Shown: in pieces, positions 49,258-61,500 of the stretch
How the letters are laid out: each line of letters begins with the position of its first letter
Numbering within the stretch: the stretch's first letter is position 1
Assembly: GCA_000165345.1 (NCBI GenBank)
Contig: CM000432.1
Location: 736,001 to 800,000, forward strand
DNA length: 64,000 bases
Direction of reading: 5' to 3'
Program-made: the position numbers and the translations under genes
Notes under the pieces: generated by a model
Database searches by the model: none
What the model was told of the DNA's origin: nothing
Seen by the model: only the letters and a program-made list of their open reading frames with translations

Positions 49258-51486
49258 ATGGGCGACTTAAGTCATTCGTCAAATTTAAAGACGGATTATC
49301 TGGAGAGATCGGCTTCAATGGTTCAGGAATTAATTGAGCATGAATACGTTTCTGGATATCTTAAGAAATGGAGTCCAGTAATAGGTAGAGGTTGGCAGAG
49401 TAGGTATTTTGCTCTTCTAGAACAGGACAGAACATTGGTGTATTGGGCAAAGAAACCCAGTTTTAGAGATGAGCAACCTCGTGGATCAATTAATCTTAAG
49501 ATCGTAGAAAATGTATTTGCTGATGGCCCGCTTGGAATAACCCTAAGCACGCCGCATAGAGACTATCAACTTAGAGCGTCGACCCCAACTGAAAAGGACA
49601 AGTGGATGGATGCCATCATACTTTGGACCCTAAAGAGCAGAAAATACCGGTCGAAAGCTGAAGACTCAAAAAATTTCCGATTTAGCAATATGCTAATAGA
49701 AGCAACTCAGTCATGTCTGCATTATATAGTGGAGAGTTTTCTGAAGCCATTCAAGAAATCTGCGACAAGAGCCATAGAGGTTGGTCCTGAAACACTATCT
49801 AACTCGAATAAAAAAAAGTTCCTAAAGGATCGTGGATTATACAATGTGATATGTAAGGCTTGGATGGTTTCTAGAGAATTAAAGGGAAATAGAGCCAGTT
49901 CAAAGAGAAAAGGAAACTTGAATTATCTTAGAGACGGACTTGAAACGAGAGCTGTCTCTGCTCTGTCAATTGATAAGGAGTATCAATTTAATGAGATATT
50001 AATGCAAAAGGAACTCGATGATTGTCGTTGTCGCGAATCCAATCAGAATCAGCAGTTGTGTGAGGATACTCCTTTTGGGAATATGACTCATCAGAGCCAC
50101 CCCAGGTTTGGGGTGACTTCTCCCACTTTGAGCATGGAGAGCTCGGAAAATAGTCAAGATTCCGAGGTATTTTGTTCTCTTACTGAGATTGAAGACGTTT
50201 CAATGGGATGCGAAGCTGATGAAATTTTGATACCTTTTGATAGTGCTTTGTGTATATATGATCATAACTGTCCTCCTACGATAGAGGAAGATGAGGAGTA
50301 TGTTAGACTTAAGCAGCATAAGTATAGCCTGCAATTATCAGAACTCATGCTTAATCAGCTTTCAAATCTTTCAAATGAGGCATTTCTGGATAATTGTATC
50401 TTTGGGCTTGTTTATATTAAAAGAAGTAATCCAATAATACCTTCTTTACAAAGTAACAATATATTTTGGGCATTAATGATCAGTTCTAGATCACTCTCTG
50501 ATTCTCATCAAATTTACCCATCTCCACTATTAAGTGAGAAGACTATTTTAGGTGATTGCCTTAGTTTATATAGGGAGGTCAGAATTTCCTCTTCTAAAAA
50601 TAGCGTCACATCCAGCTCCAAGTACAGCTATAATCATAGTCGAACTCAAAGCCAAAGTAATAGAGATTCTATCCCTGTGCTTGGGGTTATTAAAAAATCT
50701 CATATATCAAAGTCCTCGATGGATGGAATTATGAATGCGAATGAATCTGGACTCAAGACTGAAGTCAAATACGTTGATCATAAGACCCAAATTGATAATA
50801 CCTTATTCTCTCCATTGGGAAATAATTTCCTGAACAACTTAAATGTCGACATTGGTAATGGTAGCGTGCATATTGGAATTAATAACCAGACTATGGACCC
50901 ATATGGATTCCTTCTTGATACATTATATCTCTATTATCCAAGGAATGAATCAAAGAACCCTGTCCATATGCTTGATCCTGGACTTATTATTTCTGTTGGA
51001 ACCATCTCTGAGAGTGTTAATGGTTTTAGCTTTTCAGTCTCATATCTTGGCTCATCTGTCATTGAGGATTATATTGCTTCTGATTTAGAGTTCAACGATG
51101 ACTCACCGTCCAATATACCATTCTCAAATGGCACAAATTTTGCTCCATCTATCGAAAAAGAGCCAATTACTCTTGAGTTTTGTACTAGGTCTTGGAGAGA
51201 TGCCAAAGCCTGGAGATATTCGCTTTTGGTTGCTAGAAAATCCAAAATGGCCGATAACTCTTATGAAGAAGCCGCCACAAAAAATTGTCAGTATGAAAAT
51301 AGAAATTCATGTGGAAGAGGAAAATGCGTGCATACTGATGACCACCATGCCAAGGGCCAAAATTACCATTGTTTTGATTCCTGTCCAACATTAACAACTA
51401 CAGCTAGTAGCAGTGCCAGAACCAGTCATGGTTATTATTTGACCAATTATAGGAGGAATATATCAAACTTTGCTCTACATAGATGA
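49258..51486 (+). CDS. PH-domain-containing protein (hypothetical)
   Basis: N-terminal PH-domain pattern (SGYLKKWSPVIGRGWQSRYFALLEQDRTLVYWAKKP ... GSINL ... KDKWMDAI). The ORF-track start 49243 is TTG; the ATG is at 49258. Confidence 0.65.
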   Translation: MGDLSHSSNLKTDYLERSASMVQELIEHEYVSGYLKKWSPVIGRGWQSRYFALLEQDRTLVYWAKKPSFRDEQPRGSINLKIVENVFADGPLGITLSTPHRDYQLRASTPTEKDKWMDAIILWTLKSRKYRSKAEDSKNFRFSNMLIEATQSCLHYIVESFLKPFKKSATRAIEVGPETLSNSNKKKFLKDRGLYNVICKAWMVSRELKGNRASSKRKGNLNYLRDGLETRAVSALSIDKEYQFNEILMQKELDDCRCRESNQNQQLCEDTPFGNMTHQSHPRFGVTSPTLSMESSENSQDSEVFCSLTEIEDVSMGCEADEILIPFDSALCIYDHNCPPTIEEDEEYVRLKQHKYSLQLSELMLNQLSNLSNEAFLDNCIFGLVYIKRSNPIIPSLQSNNIFWALMISSRSLSDSHQIYPSPLLSEKTILGDCLSLYREVRISSSKNSVTSSSKYSYNHSRTQSQSNRDSIPVLGVIKKSHISKSSMDGIMNANESGLKTEVKYVDHKTQIDNTLFSPLGNNFLNNLNVDIGNGSVHIGINNQTMDPYGFLLDTLYLYYPRNESKNPVHMLDPGLIISVGTISESVNGFSFSVSYLGSSVIEDYIASDLEFNDDSPSNIPFSNGTNFAPSIEKEPITLEFCTRSWRDAKAWRYSLLVARKSKMADNSYEEAATKNCQYENRNSCGRGKCVHTDDHHAKGQNYHCFDSCPTLTTTASSSARTSHGYYLTNYRRNISNFALHR

Positions 51487-52620
51487 TTTAAGGTCATTTG
51501 GTAGTATAAAATTTACTCAAGTGGATTTGTTAAATACACATCTATTGGAATTTCTTTGCATGAGGTACAGCAGAGGGGGGAAATGAGCAAAAAGAGGGTT
51601 TGAATAGGAAGTATTTTTTAAAAGGCAAGTACTTATTTTTTGCTCCAATGGAATTTATAGAGTTAAGTTTTAATGCTATACTTCTTTCCATCGTACGGGA
51701 GAATATATAATAAGCTGTTTGCTTACTGAGGTTTTTAATTTGGATTTAAGCTCTATTCAAGATATGGAAGGAAAATGCAAATCAAGATTAATGTTTTTTA
51801 CCTAAACAATTACATTGTTATTCTATAAAGCTCGAACTACTTTGACAAGAGAACTGGACAATAATATTCAAATAGGGATATTCATTAGTTGGGGTTCAGT
51901 ATTTGTGTTTATTAGGGGTTTTTAAAGGTAATAATGAAATTAGTAAAGTATCATTTAATCAGATTCTTAGTTGCAAAATTATAATTAGTAGCTGTTAAAG
52001 GTATAATCAGCAGAATTATCTTCTGGTTTTAAGTTTTAATTAAAAATGTTTAAATTTGTGTGTAATCTGTCAATATTTTATAGTATCGAAAAAAAAGAAT
52101 GAAATATAGCAAAATTTTAAAATATATATATTGATATATTAGATTTCCCTCAAATAATCAATTTTATGCCTTGATTCTGAATATGAATTGAGTCTTAATG
52201 TAAATAACGAGAAAAACTAAAGTAATGTTAACAAAGTAATTTTTTTTAATATCAAGTCTTGATATAATTTTTTTTATGAATGTAAATTTGTTGACTTTAG
52301 TTTAATACTAGGAAAGTCTGGTGATTTAATTTTATATTATTTATACAAATATATGTATTTGGAATAAGTGGTAAGAAGTGTATATGCCCTCTAACTTGCT
52401 GAAGTAATTAAGTTTTGCCTTATTAATCTTCTTGTAAGTTATTCACAGAATTATCAATAGACTCTCGCAGTATAAATATGATTCAAATAAGAGTTCTAAT
52501 ACCTTAGAAGACTTTCTTATAACCATAAAATTCCAAATTCTTGGAAATATACTGGCGTGAATTTAATGCAATTAAAATGGAAGCAGATAGGCTGGATAAA
52601 TATCATCTTTTTCCATTATA

Positions 52621-53905
52621 TTAAAGGTTTTCTGAAGTAGCTTTTGGAGTTAAGAAGCCACTAATAAACAATTTACCATCTTTCTTCTTTCTCTTTGTAC
52701 ATAGAATCAACTTTTTTGCCAGCTCTGTCCAGGGATAAGTTTTGATCTTTCTAGAATGAATAGAATTATCTTTCTTATCAGCACGAGATTTGCTTGTAGT
52801 AATTAACATACTATCGCTGCATGTGGACTGAACTCTTCCAACATTTTGAGTCTTAGAAATATCTTGTGGATAAGATGAAATATTGGCTTTGATGGATTTT
52901 GTAATAGTAGAGTCTTCTCCAGAGTTAGGAATAGTGTGTGAAATTTCAATTCTATCTTCAGAAATGGGTGAATCAGCAGTTAAACTGTTGGTTGAAGGGA
53001 TATGAGTATCAGGGGAACTAATATCGGCTTTAACTAGAACTGAATTTACTTGAGTCTTTTGGCATTCTTGATTAGAATCCTTTTCTTGGATTCTATTCGC
53101 AAGGATGACCGAATTTTGTCCAAAATTCAGGCCTTCTTCCATAATATGATTAGCTAACTCTTCCAAAGGTTTGAGTTCATTACACTCCAACAAGTTATTA
53201 AGCATAACTGTATATACAAAATGCTTAAGGCAATAATTAACATGAGCTGTTGCTGTAATTGATTCTACATGCGTCCAATGATGGCAGTAAATATGACTAT
53301 AAACTCTGAATAATCTTCTTAATATGTTTTTAACAATTAATTGAAAATCGTCAGTAAAAGGCACCCCTAAAGATAGAGGGATAAATAAAAATTAATTTCC
53401 CAAATTTGGCTTAAACTTACCAGGCTTTAAAGGAAAGATTCTGGTATCTGAAATCTGGGAATCCACCCATAAAAACAGAGACTTGATATAAACAGTTGCA
53501 GGTAAAGGCAGTGCAGCCTTCTTTGGATCTTCTTGCCATTTAAATACCATGAAATGAGCTCTCATAAGTGGGCAATGGCAGACATTGCTAACAAATCCCC
53601 ATGCCATCTGAGCATCTTTGAACAGATCCATAACTGGGAATCAAAAAATGAGTAAAAGATGTACAAGAATAATGAAACAAAGATATTATAAAAAGAGTGG
53701 GAATATTTCTCTTTTTTGTTTTATCTTTCTTTGCTTCATTTTTTTCAAACTCACCTTTATGTGCTGCCCATTCATCTCTATTTATGCCTTCTGGATTCTT
53801 AACTGCTTCATAAAGTATGGATGTATCAAAAGTTTGGCTTAGAACATCACAAGAAATTGGTGCTTTCATTACTGTATCCATTGGTTGTTTATTATTCGTA
53901 GCCAT
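52621..53905 (-). CDS. MOB1: Mob1/phocein-family kinase-activator protein with a ~150-aa C-terminal extension, three exons (minus strand): 53905-53755, 53633-53421, 53366-52621
   Basis: The three ORF-track fragments join through a GTGAGT...CCCAG intron and a GTAAGT...CTTTAG intron. The result is ...EGINRDEWAAHK-V-MDLFKDAQMAWGFVSNVCHCPLMRAHFMVFKW ... YIKSLFLWVDSQISDTRIFPLKPG-G-VPFTDDFQLIVKNILRRLFRVYSHIYCHHW..., collinear with the Mob1 core (HxxxH zinc site kept). The true ATG is at 53905. Confidence 0.78.
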
Positions 53906-54647
53906 TTTTGTTTGCAAATCGACTATTATTCAATGGCTAAACAATGTTTCTTCATAATAATTATTTTAAAAAGAGTTAATTTCTATTTAATATCAGCTTC
54001 AGTCATTTCAACCAGTTATTAATATTTTAATTTATATATAAATATATATATAAATATATATTTATATTTGCATTCTTAAATATCCTTGTTTAGTTCATTT
54101 TTAAATTTATTAATTTTTTTTTTCTTTATAAAATTTCCCTTAAAATTCAATTTCTCTAAATCTCATACCTTTTGTTTACCTGTGATATAATTCCGTATTA
54201 TATACAATTTATTACTCCGCATGTACTAATGCATGCATGCATTGCATCCACATTATAAACTTGCAAATAAAAATTTGTTAATAGACAGTGGGGGTGATAG
54301 AGATATAATTAAATGAAAGTAAAGAATGTAAAAATAAGGTTTACTAGATTTTTATATTTTATGTACTATTTTGCTTAATTTAAGGTAACTCTTCATTCTG
54401 ATAGAAAAGCTTGAGAAATTTTTTTTCAAGGTTAAAAATTTTAATAAAAAGCAAAATAAATAATTGATGGCGCCACGATGTCTGTCAGCGAGCTACCTTT
54501 ACAGGGAAATATTTGGTTTGACATTTCCTTAAAAAAATTAACAAAGTGGCGGAAATTGACTGGTTTAACTTTTTTACATTTTTGGATCATTTGCCAAAAA
54601 AAAATAGAATACTAAGATATTTGAAGTTAGAAGTATTAAGAGAAAAA

Positions 54648-56307
54648 ATGGCGACTAAGTCCAAGGTAAGTTGATTCAATTGTCCTCTAACTAATGAAAT
54701 GATGAATTTCATAATTAATAATTTGAAAAAAAAAAAATGATTTTTTGATTCAAAAATATATTTATATAACACCTTAACTAACTATTAACTTTTTGAAATT
54801 ATAGGGTAGAAAGCATCTTGAAGTGGAGGAAGACGAGCTTCCTAGTAAGTTTACTCCTAGCAAACCTAAATCTGAGATGTATGAGAAACAAGAAGCAATG
54901 ATGAATGTCGAGGGAGAATTTGCAGAAGAGATGGACGATGAAATAGAAAGCGAAGAAGAAGTAATCAGGGAAGAAACTGAAGATGGGTCTGAAATTGTTG
55001 AGGGAGCTGATGAGGATGTTGAAATTGAAGAACATTATTGGCTTCCAGGTCAGGGTGACGAAAATCAAGAATTAGTATATGAGCCAAAAGCATATAAAAT
55101 GTACCATAAATGCTTGGTTGAATGGAGTTGCCTAACACTAGATATTTTACCAGATAAGCTTGGAGACAACAGAACCCAGTTTCCGCATACATGTTATGTT
55201 GTTGCAGGAACACAAGCAAATATGGAGGATAATAATCATATACTTTTAATGAAATGGTCAAGAATGCACAAAACCAAAAGAGATAGAGACGAAAATGATA
55301 ATAGTGATTCTGATTTAAGTGATTCTGATGACTCTGATGATGACAACTTTGCTGATGAAGACCCTATTGTAAATGTGGCAGCAATTCCTCATAAAGGAAC
55401 TATTAATCGTATTCGGGTTTGCCCTCAACTTCCAAATTTGGTATCAACATGGTCAGAGCTTGGAAAAGTTTGCATGTGGGATATAACAGAATCGATTAAT
55501 AACTTAAATACTGACCATTTGAACTCAAAAACATTGAAACCATCAAACCTTGCAAAGAAATCCACAACTAAGCCAAAGTTTTCTTATGATGGACATCTGG
55601 ATGAAGGGTTTTCAATGGATTGGAATCCCAACCAAATTGCTCAATTTGCTTCTGGAGATAGAAAGGGAAATATATGTTTTTGGCAGCCTATTCAAGGAGG
55701 GTCTTGGAGTGTAAATCCAGTCCATGGAAACTTCCAATCCAGTGTTGAAGCTATACAATGGAAGCGTGATAGCAATAGTAGTAGTATCTTTGCAGCTGGT
55801 CTTGTTAATTCTAATATTTGCATTGTAGATATTAGAAGTGAGTCTGATCAACTGACTATTGAAAACTCTCATAATGGCGATGTCAATTGTATTTCATGGA
55901 ATCCATTTTCCGAAAACCTTTTGCTTAGTGGAAGTGATGATGCAACTATTAAATTATGGGATATTCGTTCAACTAAAGATCCCCTTGAAACATTCATCTT
56001 CCACAGAGAACCTATTCTATCTGTTGACTGGCATCACCAAGACCAAGATGTTTTCCTTGCAGCTTCTTTAGATAACTCCATTAGTTTCTGGGATATTGCA
56101 ATTGATGATGAAGTTATTGATGAAGACAATTCTGACTCAAAGACTGATGCCACCCTAAGTGGCACTCCAAACATCCCAAAGAAGCTTTTATTCTTACATA
56201 TGGGCCAGGAACACATTGCTGAGGCTAAATGGCACAAGCAAATCCCAAGTTTAACCATTTCAACTGCTCAAGATTCATTCAACGTATTTATTCCAAGCAA
56301 TTTATAA
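54648..56307 (+). CDS. GRWD1: Glutamate-rich WD-repeat protein GRWD1/Rrb1, two exons: 54648-54665 and 54805-56307
   Basis: The ORF-track start 54823 is GTG. Upstream micro-exon ATGGCGACTAAGTCCAAG + GTAAGT, 139-nt intron, ...TTATAG, then GRKHLEVEEDELPSKF... giving MATKSKGRK (compare GRWD1 MAARKGRRR). Body: acidic N-terminus, HKGTINRIRV, WD repeats, SGSDDATIKLWDIR. Confidence 0.82.
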
Positions 56308-56610
56308 CTACAATATACTAATTTTCCCTCAATAGAGCCCTTTATTTTTATTTGCCACTCATTCCTTCCTTTTCTTCTCTTTTACTTCATTGTTTTTCAA
56401 TCTAAATATTTTCTCACTAAAAAACTGTATTTCCCCCCTTTGTATTAAATAGTCTTAAAGTGACGCAAATTAAATTTTGGCGGGAGCATTTTATGTAATA
56501 TTTGTTTGGAATCAAAACTTGAGGTATATATTGAGAATAGAAAAGGACCATTAGGGCAGCTAAATTTAATAAATATTTGCATTAAAGAAGTGCTTGAACT
56601 CTTGTTAGAT

Positions 56611-57210
56611 ATGGTTTCAGATGGTTCGTCATATTATTCTGAGGATTCAGAGAGAAGTTTGACATCTGAGGAGGAGAATTTCTCAGAAGGTAGTTGGGAA
56701 GATGAAGAAGACGCAGAGTATATATTTAATTCAAGAGAAGTTTTTGGCTTAAAACTAATAGCGGATGACAAAAAAACAATTAAACCTTTAGACAATGGAG
56801 AATTTCATGTTGATGGATCTGATGGAGTATCACGATGGATAAGGGTCATGATTGACAGTAGTATTCAAACTGAGCATAAAAAAGTAATAGAAGAAATTTT
56901 GAACAATGTATTTCAAGGATTTGGAGTTTCTAAAGATTCATCCAAAATAGAATTCCCTGCAAAAATCAAAATTAAAAACAAAAAGACTGGTATTGAGGAA
57001 TGTTTAATTCTTGACTTCCAACTTCCAAGAGGAGATGAAATTTTATTGGCAGAAACCCCTTCGGAAAGTAAGCCAGTAGTAAACTCACTAATGTCTCACT
57101 TGTATATCTACAAGTATAATGAGGATGGACTCAAATTCAAAAATTATCATAAAGACCAAAAGGTTGATGATGGATTTGGTTTCAAAACGTGGCATAAGTA
57201 CAGCCATTAA
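56611..57210 (+). CDS. Hypothetical protein (~199 aa from the first ATG; the ORF is open 35 codons further upstream from a TTG)
   Basis: The ORF-track start 56506 is TTG, and the first ATG is at 56611. Acidic N-terminus; no recognised domain. Confidence 0.45.
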   Translation: MVSDGSSYYSEDSERSLTSEEENFSEGSWEDEEDAEYIFNSREVFGLKLIADDKKTIKPLDNGEFHVDGSDGVSRWIRVMIDSSIQTEHKKVIEEILNNVFQGFGVSKDSSKIEFPAKIKIKNKKTGIEECLILDFQLPRGDEILLAETPSESKPVVNSLMSHLYIYKYNEDGLKFKNYHKDQKVDDGFGFKTWHKYSH

Positions 57211-57421
57211 TAATATGTACCAGTCACTTATTAGCTAAAATAAATATTTATAGTTTAACTTTAAACTCAAATGTATAAGTATATATATTTAAAAATTAAA
57301 ACTTAATCTTTCTAAACTCTAAATGTATCCTATATAATCGAAATTAAAAACCAGGTTCTCTATTTACGAAATTTAAAGCTCCCCTCCTCTTTTCATATTA
57401 ATGTTTAGTATTTCTCACTCT

Positions 57422-58168
57422 TCAATAATGAAGTTGAGCTACTACACTTTCTTTAGGAGGACTCCCTTGATACGCATTCTGATTGTTTTGAGAATAGCTT
57501 TCATTCAATCCATTTACATCGATTGCTTCCAAACTTGGCTTCAATGCCTCATCTATATCAACATAGTCTGGGTATGGATTAACTCTTTCCGAGATTGAAT
57601 ATCCTTTCATTCCTTCTTTATAAACTATATGAGAAATACGGATGCACTTTCTATTACCGCAAGACATCTGAAAAGGTTCATTAACTCTAATTGTGGACAT
57701 CTTGAGAAAACTACTTGGGGAGTCACATCCAGGGATTTTTCCAAATAAATATGCTAGTACATTGGAGGTATATGTTATCCAAGGTTCATAGGTATTTGGT
57801 AAATGTACTTTAACTGCAGGGCAATAGTTAAACTTATTAATAGGTCCCAGCCATTCACAGCAATCATTAAAAGCTCCTCCGTACTTTGAAGGGTCCATCA
57901 TAAATTGAAGCTTAAAGTGGGATGCATCTTCTAGAGGGCTGTCATTTCTCGGAACATCCTTGCAAATTGAAAATAGTAATTGCTCCTGAAGCTCATTTGT
58001 CGGCCAAAAATACCTAAGTCTACTTACAAGCTCGTGATCTAGGAATATCCTCTCTTTTAGTGCTATTACAAGCTCCCTCACTTCGGTGTCTGTTCTTCTT
58101 AAACTGGAATCTGGAACTGTAATCTTCACTGATCTACTATTAACATTATCTCTGATTTTGTTGTTCAT
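57422..58168 (-). CDS. Hypothetical protein (248 aa), Cys/Trp-containing globular protein of unknown family
   Basis: Clean ATG (58168) to stop ORF. RYFWPTNELQEQLLFSICKDV ... HFKLQFMMDPSKYGG ... CEWLGP; no family recognised. Confidence 0.5.
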   Translation of the reverse strand: MNNKIRDNVNSRSVKITVPDSSLRRTDTEVRELVIALKERIFLDHELVSRLRYFWPTNELQEQLLFSICKDVPRNDSPLEDASHFKLQFMMDPSKYGGAFNDCCEWLGPINKFNYCPAVKVHLPNTYEPWITYTSNVLAYLFGKIPGCDSPSSFLKMSTIRVNEPFQMSCGNRKCIRISHIVYKEGMKGYSISERVNPYPDYVDIDEALKPSLEAIDVNGLNESYSQNNQNAYQGSPPKESVVAQLHY

Positions 58169-58560
58169 CTCTACAGACTTAACAATTATATTACATTAAC
58201 TAATTAACTTTCTCCAACTCAAAATTAATATACGTCTTGTTTGACCGTTCTAAACTTACCATTATCTTTCATGCAATAATACATTTTACACATTTGCCGC
58301 CAAAACTGGGTGTACTGTGCAAATCATACTACACACAGTTACCTTTTTTAGTCCATTAATGATTTTGGCGGGAACTTTCTGTAAGGTGGGAAAGTTCACT
58401 AGGATGGATAAGTAATGAACTGGAGTTGATCATCCAATTTTTTGAATATTTGGGGTGAAGAGCATCATTCATAAGTTATTAAAGTGAGAGTAATTGGAGG
58501 GTAGAGGAGGAAATAAAGGTTAGAGTGAAAACTCGTAAGACCATATAGGGCTTATTGAAA

Positions 58561-61500
58561 ATGGCACTAAAAGGAGTGAGGCAGTTTTCGCATTTAACAT
58601 TGGAAGAGAATGAGGAGTATGTTGCTGATGTATCATGTGTCTGTAAAGCCACAGGAATTCAAATAAAAACATTTGGCAGTGTATTAAAAGGAAGAATCAG
58701 GATTGGGAGTAAAAGCATAATCATAGAACCTGATGACTCAACAATTACTATGATCAAGATTCTCTTTAGTCAAATTACAGATATGAAGCTAGATTTTTCT
58801 AATTCAAAGATGATTATATTTACAAAAGTCGTTCGACTTGTAGATGTGCAGGTAATTGATGGTAAATCAAGAAGTGTTACTCCCAACCAAGTTTTATCTT
58901 CTAAAGATTGTCGAGGCCTTGAATCTAATCGAGACTCTTTCGAGCTTGAAATCACTATTACAAGTGAAATAGCGCAGCACCTAATGAATCTTTCTAGTGA
59001 ACTTTGGATGGAACACTCTAAAAAGCACGGTTCTTCTAATAAACTCGAAGATTTAGTGGGAAAATGGATTAGTTTTCTATACAATAAAGAAATATTGAAT
59101 GTTGAATACGAGTTTCTTTTGGACCACAGAGATCAATTTCTCATTTCAAAGCCTCTAATTGTGAATCGAATCAAACCCTTTACAAAGCATAGAGGGATTC
59201 TACATATTGTTTCTTCAGGAATATGCTTTAAGCCTCTTCCAAACTTCTCAAATAAGCCTTACAAAAGAATTCCGTTGAAAAATATTTGGTTTATATTCAA
59301 AAGAATTTACTCAATGAAGCCTAACTCTGTAGAAATTATATATGGAAAAGAACTTAAGCCTCATATTATGACATGCAAAGGGCGAACAAACTGGAGAAGC
59401 CTTTTTCTAGAATTTCAGTCCACCCAAGATAGAGAGCATATTGTGGCTTTCCTTCAGTCGTACTTAATGAGCTTGAATAGCAAAGGATTTCAGTGGAGCA
59501 GTCATGTACCTCAATATGCATCATGCTTATGCTCATCTCATAATACCTCATCTTGTTTGCCTATGCTTTTTGTAGATCCATTATATGCCAGTCAAAGCCC
59601 ATGCTTTAAGAATCATATCCAAAATCTTTGGATACATGGCTCAATATCTACATATCATTATTTAGATTACTTAAATAGCATTAGTGGAAGATCAAAAGGA
59701 GATTTAACGCAATATCCCATTTTTCCATGGACTATCGTAAGCTTTAATTCAGTATTGAATTCAAGGCACGATCTTTCTCAGTCTTTCAATTACAGAGATT
59801 TATCTAAGCCTTTGGGTTCTATTAATATAAATAACCTAGAGATGCTTAAAAGCAGGATGAAGGACCTCCCAGCCTCGGAACAATTTTTATATGGGTCTCA
59901 TTATTCTACCCCAGGATATATTTCTTATTATCTTGTTAGACAGTTCCCAGAGTACCAACTCAAGTTACACGGAGGAGATTTTGATGTATGGAACAGAATG
60001 TTCCACTCTATGAATGACACTTGGAGAACCATTCTTGAAGGCAAAACTACTTATATGGAATTAATACCTCAATTCTATGAGCAAAATCCCGACTTCTTAT
60101 TAAACAATAAACTTAATATCCGAACCAACTCTGGGTCTTTACTTAATGTTCAAATCCCAAACTGGGAGCTTGAAACTGGCCAAAACCAGTTTAACGCAAG
60201 TACACTGAATACGGCTAATCTGAGTCAGGCTGAGACATTTCTAAGGACAATGAGATATGCACTTGAGGGACAAGTGGTGAGTCAACATATTCACGAATGG
60301 ATTGATTTAATTTTTGGGTTCAAACAAAGAGGGCCTCAAGCTTATAGTTCTGATAACCTTTTTCATCCAATTACATATATTAACTCTTCAATAGCTATGA
60401 TGAATGATAAATCACCTGTATACGCAGTTCAGGAATATAATAATGAGGGAATCAGCAATATCCAACAGGAAATATATACAAGGAGAACAATTGATGAGAA
60501 TGAGGATATTGCCTTGAAAGCTCAAGTTGAAGAGTTTGGACAAGTGCCTATAATGCTTTTTAATGAGCCACATCCTAAAAGAGGTATAACTTCATTTGAA
60601 GAATCAACCATCATGCAACACTTAAATCACGAATGCGCTAATATGCCTTGGTTCGTCCTATTTAAAAGTAATCCCCAACTTTTGGAAGCAAAATATGACT
60701 TTAATCAGAAATTAGACCAGCAAAAACACGAAGAGAGCTACTTAGAGAAGGGTATTGTTTCTAGTTCATTGCTTGATTTACAAAGCCACCTCAAGCCAGT
60801 TAAGGCTTTGAATAGCGAATTTTCTAATACTACAAATAGAATGGATGCGCTTAAGAGAGACATAGTTTCTCAGGAGAATATATTAAGATCAAACTACAAA
60901 CTAGGAAAAGATGAATTTGATAATAGTAAGGAGAAGTTTACTTTGGATGAGAATAATGGGTTTATGTTGTTATTTACAGAAGACTATTGTAATTTCAAGG
61001 GTGGCTTTCAAAAACTGGATTTATCAAAGATTATTCAATTACAAGAAAGTGCTAATAGTAAGACTCAATTCACTTTTCTGACATCAATTTATGAGAGGCC
61101 CGGGGAGTTCGTACTTTTGGCATTACTAGATCAGTTTGAGGAGAGGTTGTTGTTTTACATTTCAGTGTATGGGTTTGAAGAACTTGGATTCAAGTGCATA
61201 TATTCAAGCAAACAAGATCTTTTCGAGAACAAGGCAATATGTATTGATTTGTTGGTATGTAACGAAGGATCAGCCTATGTAACAATTGGAACTTTGTCAG
61301 GAGATTTGATTTACCTGAGGTTTAAACTTTCTAACAAGGCTTCAACATATAACTTGACAAACTCAGAACATGGCTTTAATAACATTTTTGTAATGGCTCA
61401 AAAAGAGAAAGTCCTAAAACAATTCAATATGGGAAATGTAAGTCTATTATTCAGTATTGAATTCCATCAAAGCGATTGCTATATTGTGGCAGTTTCACAA

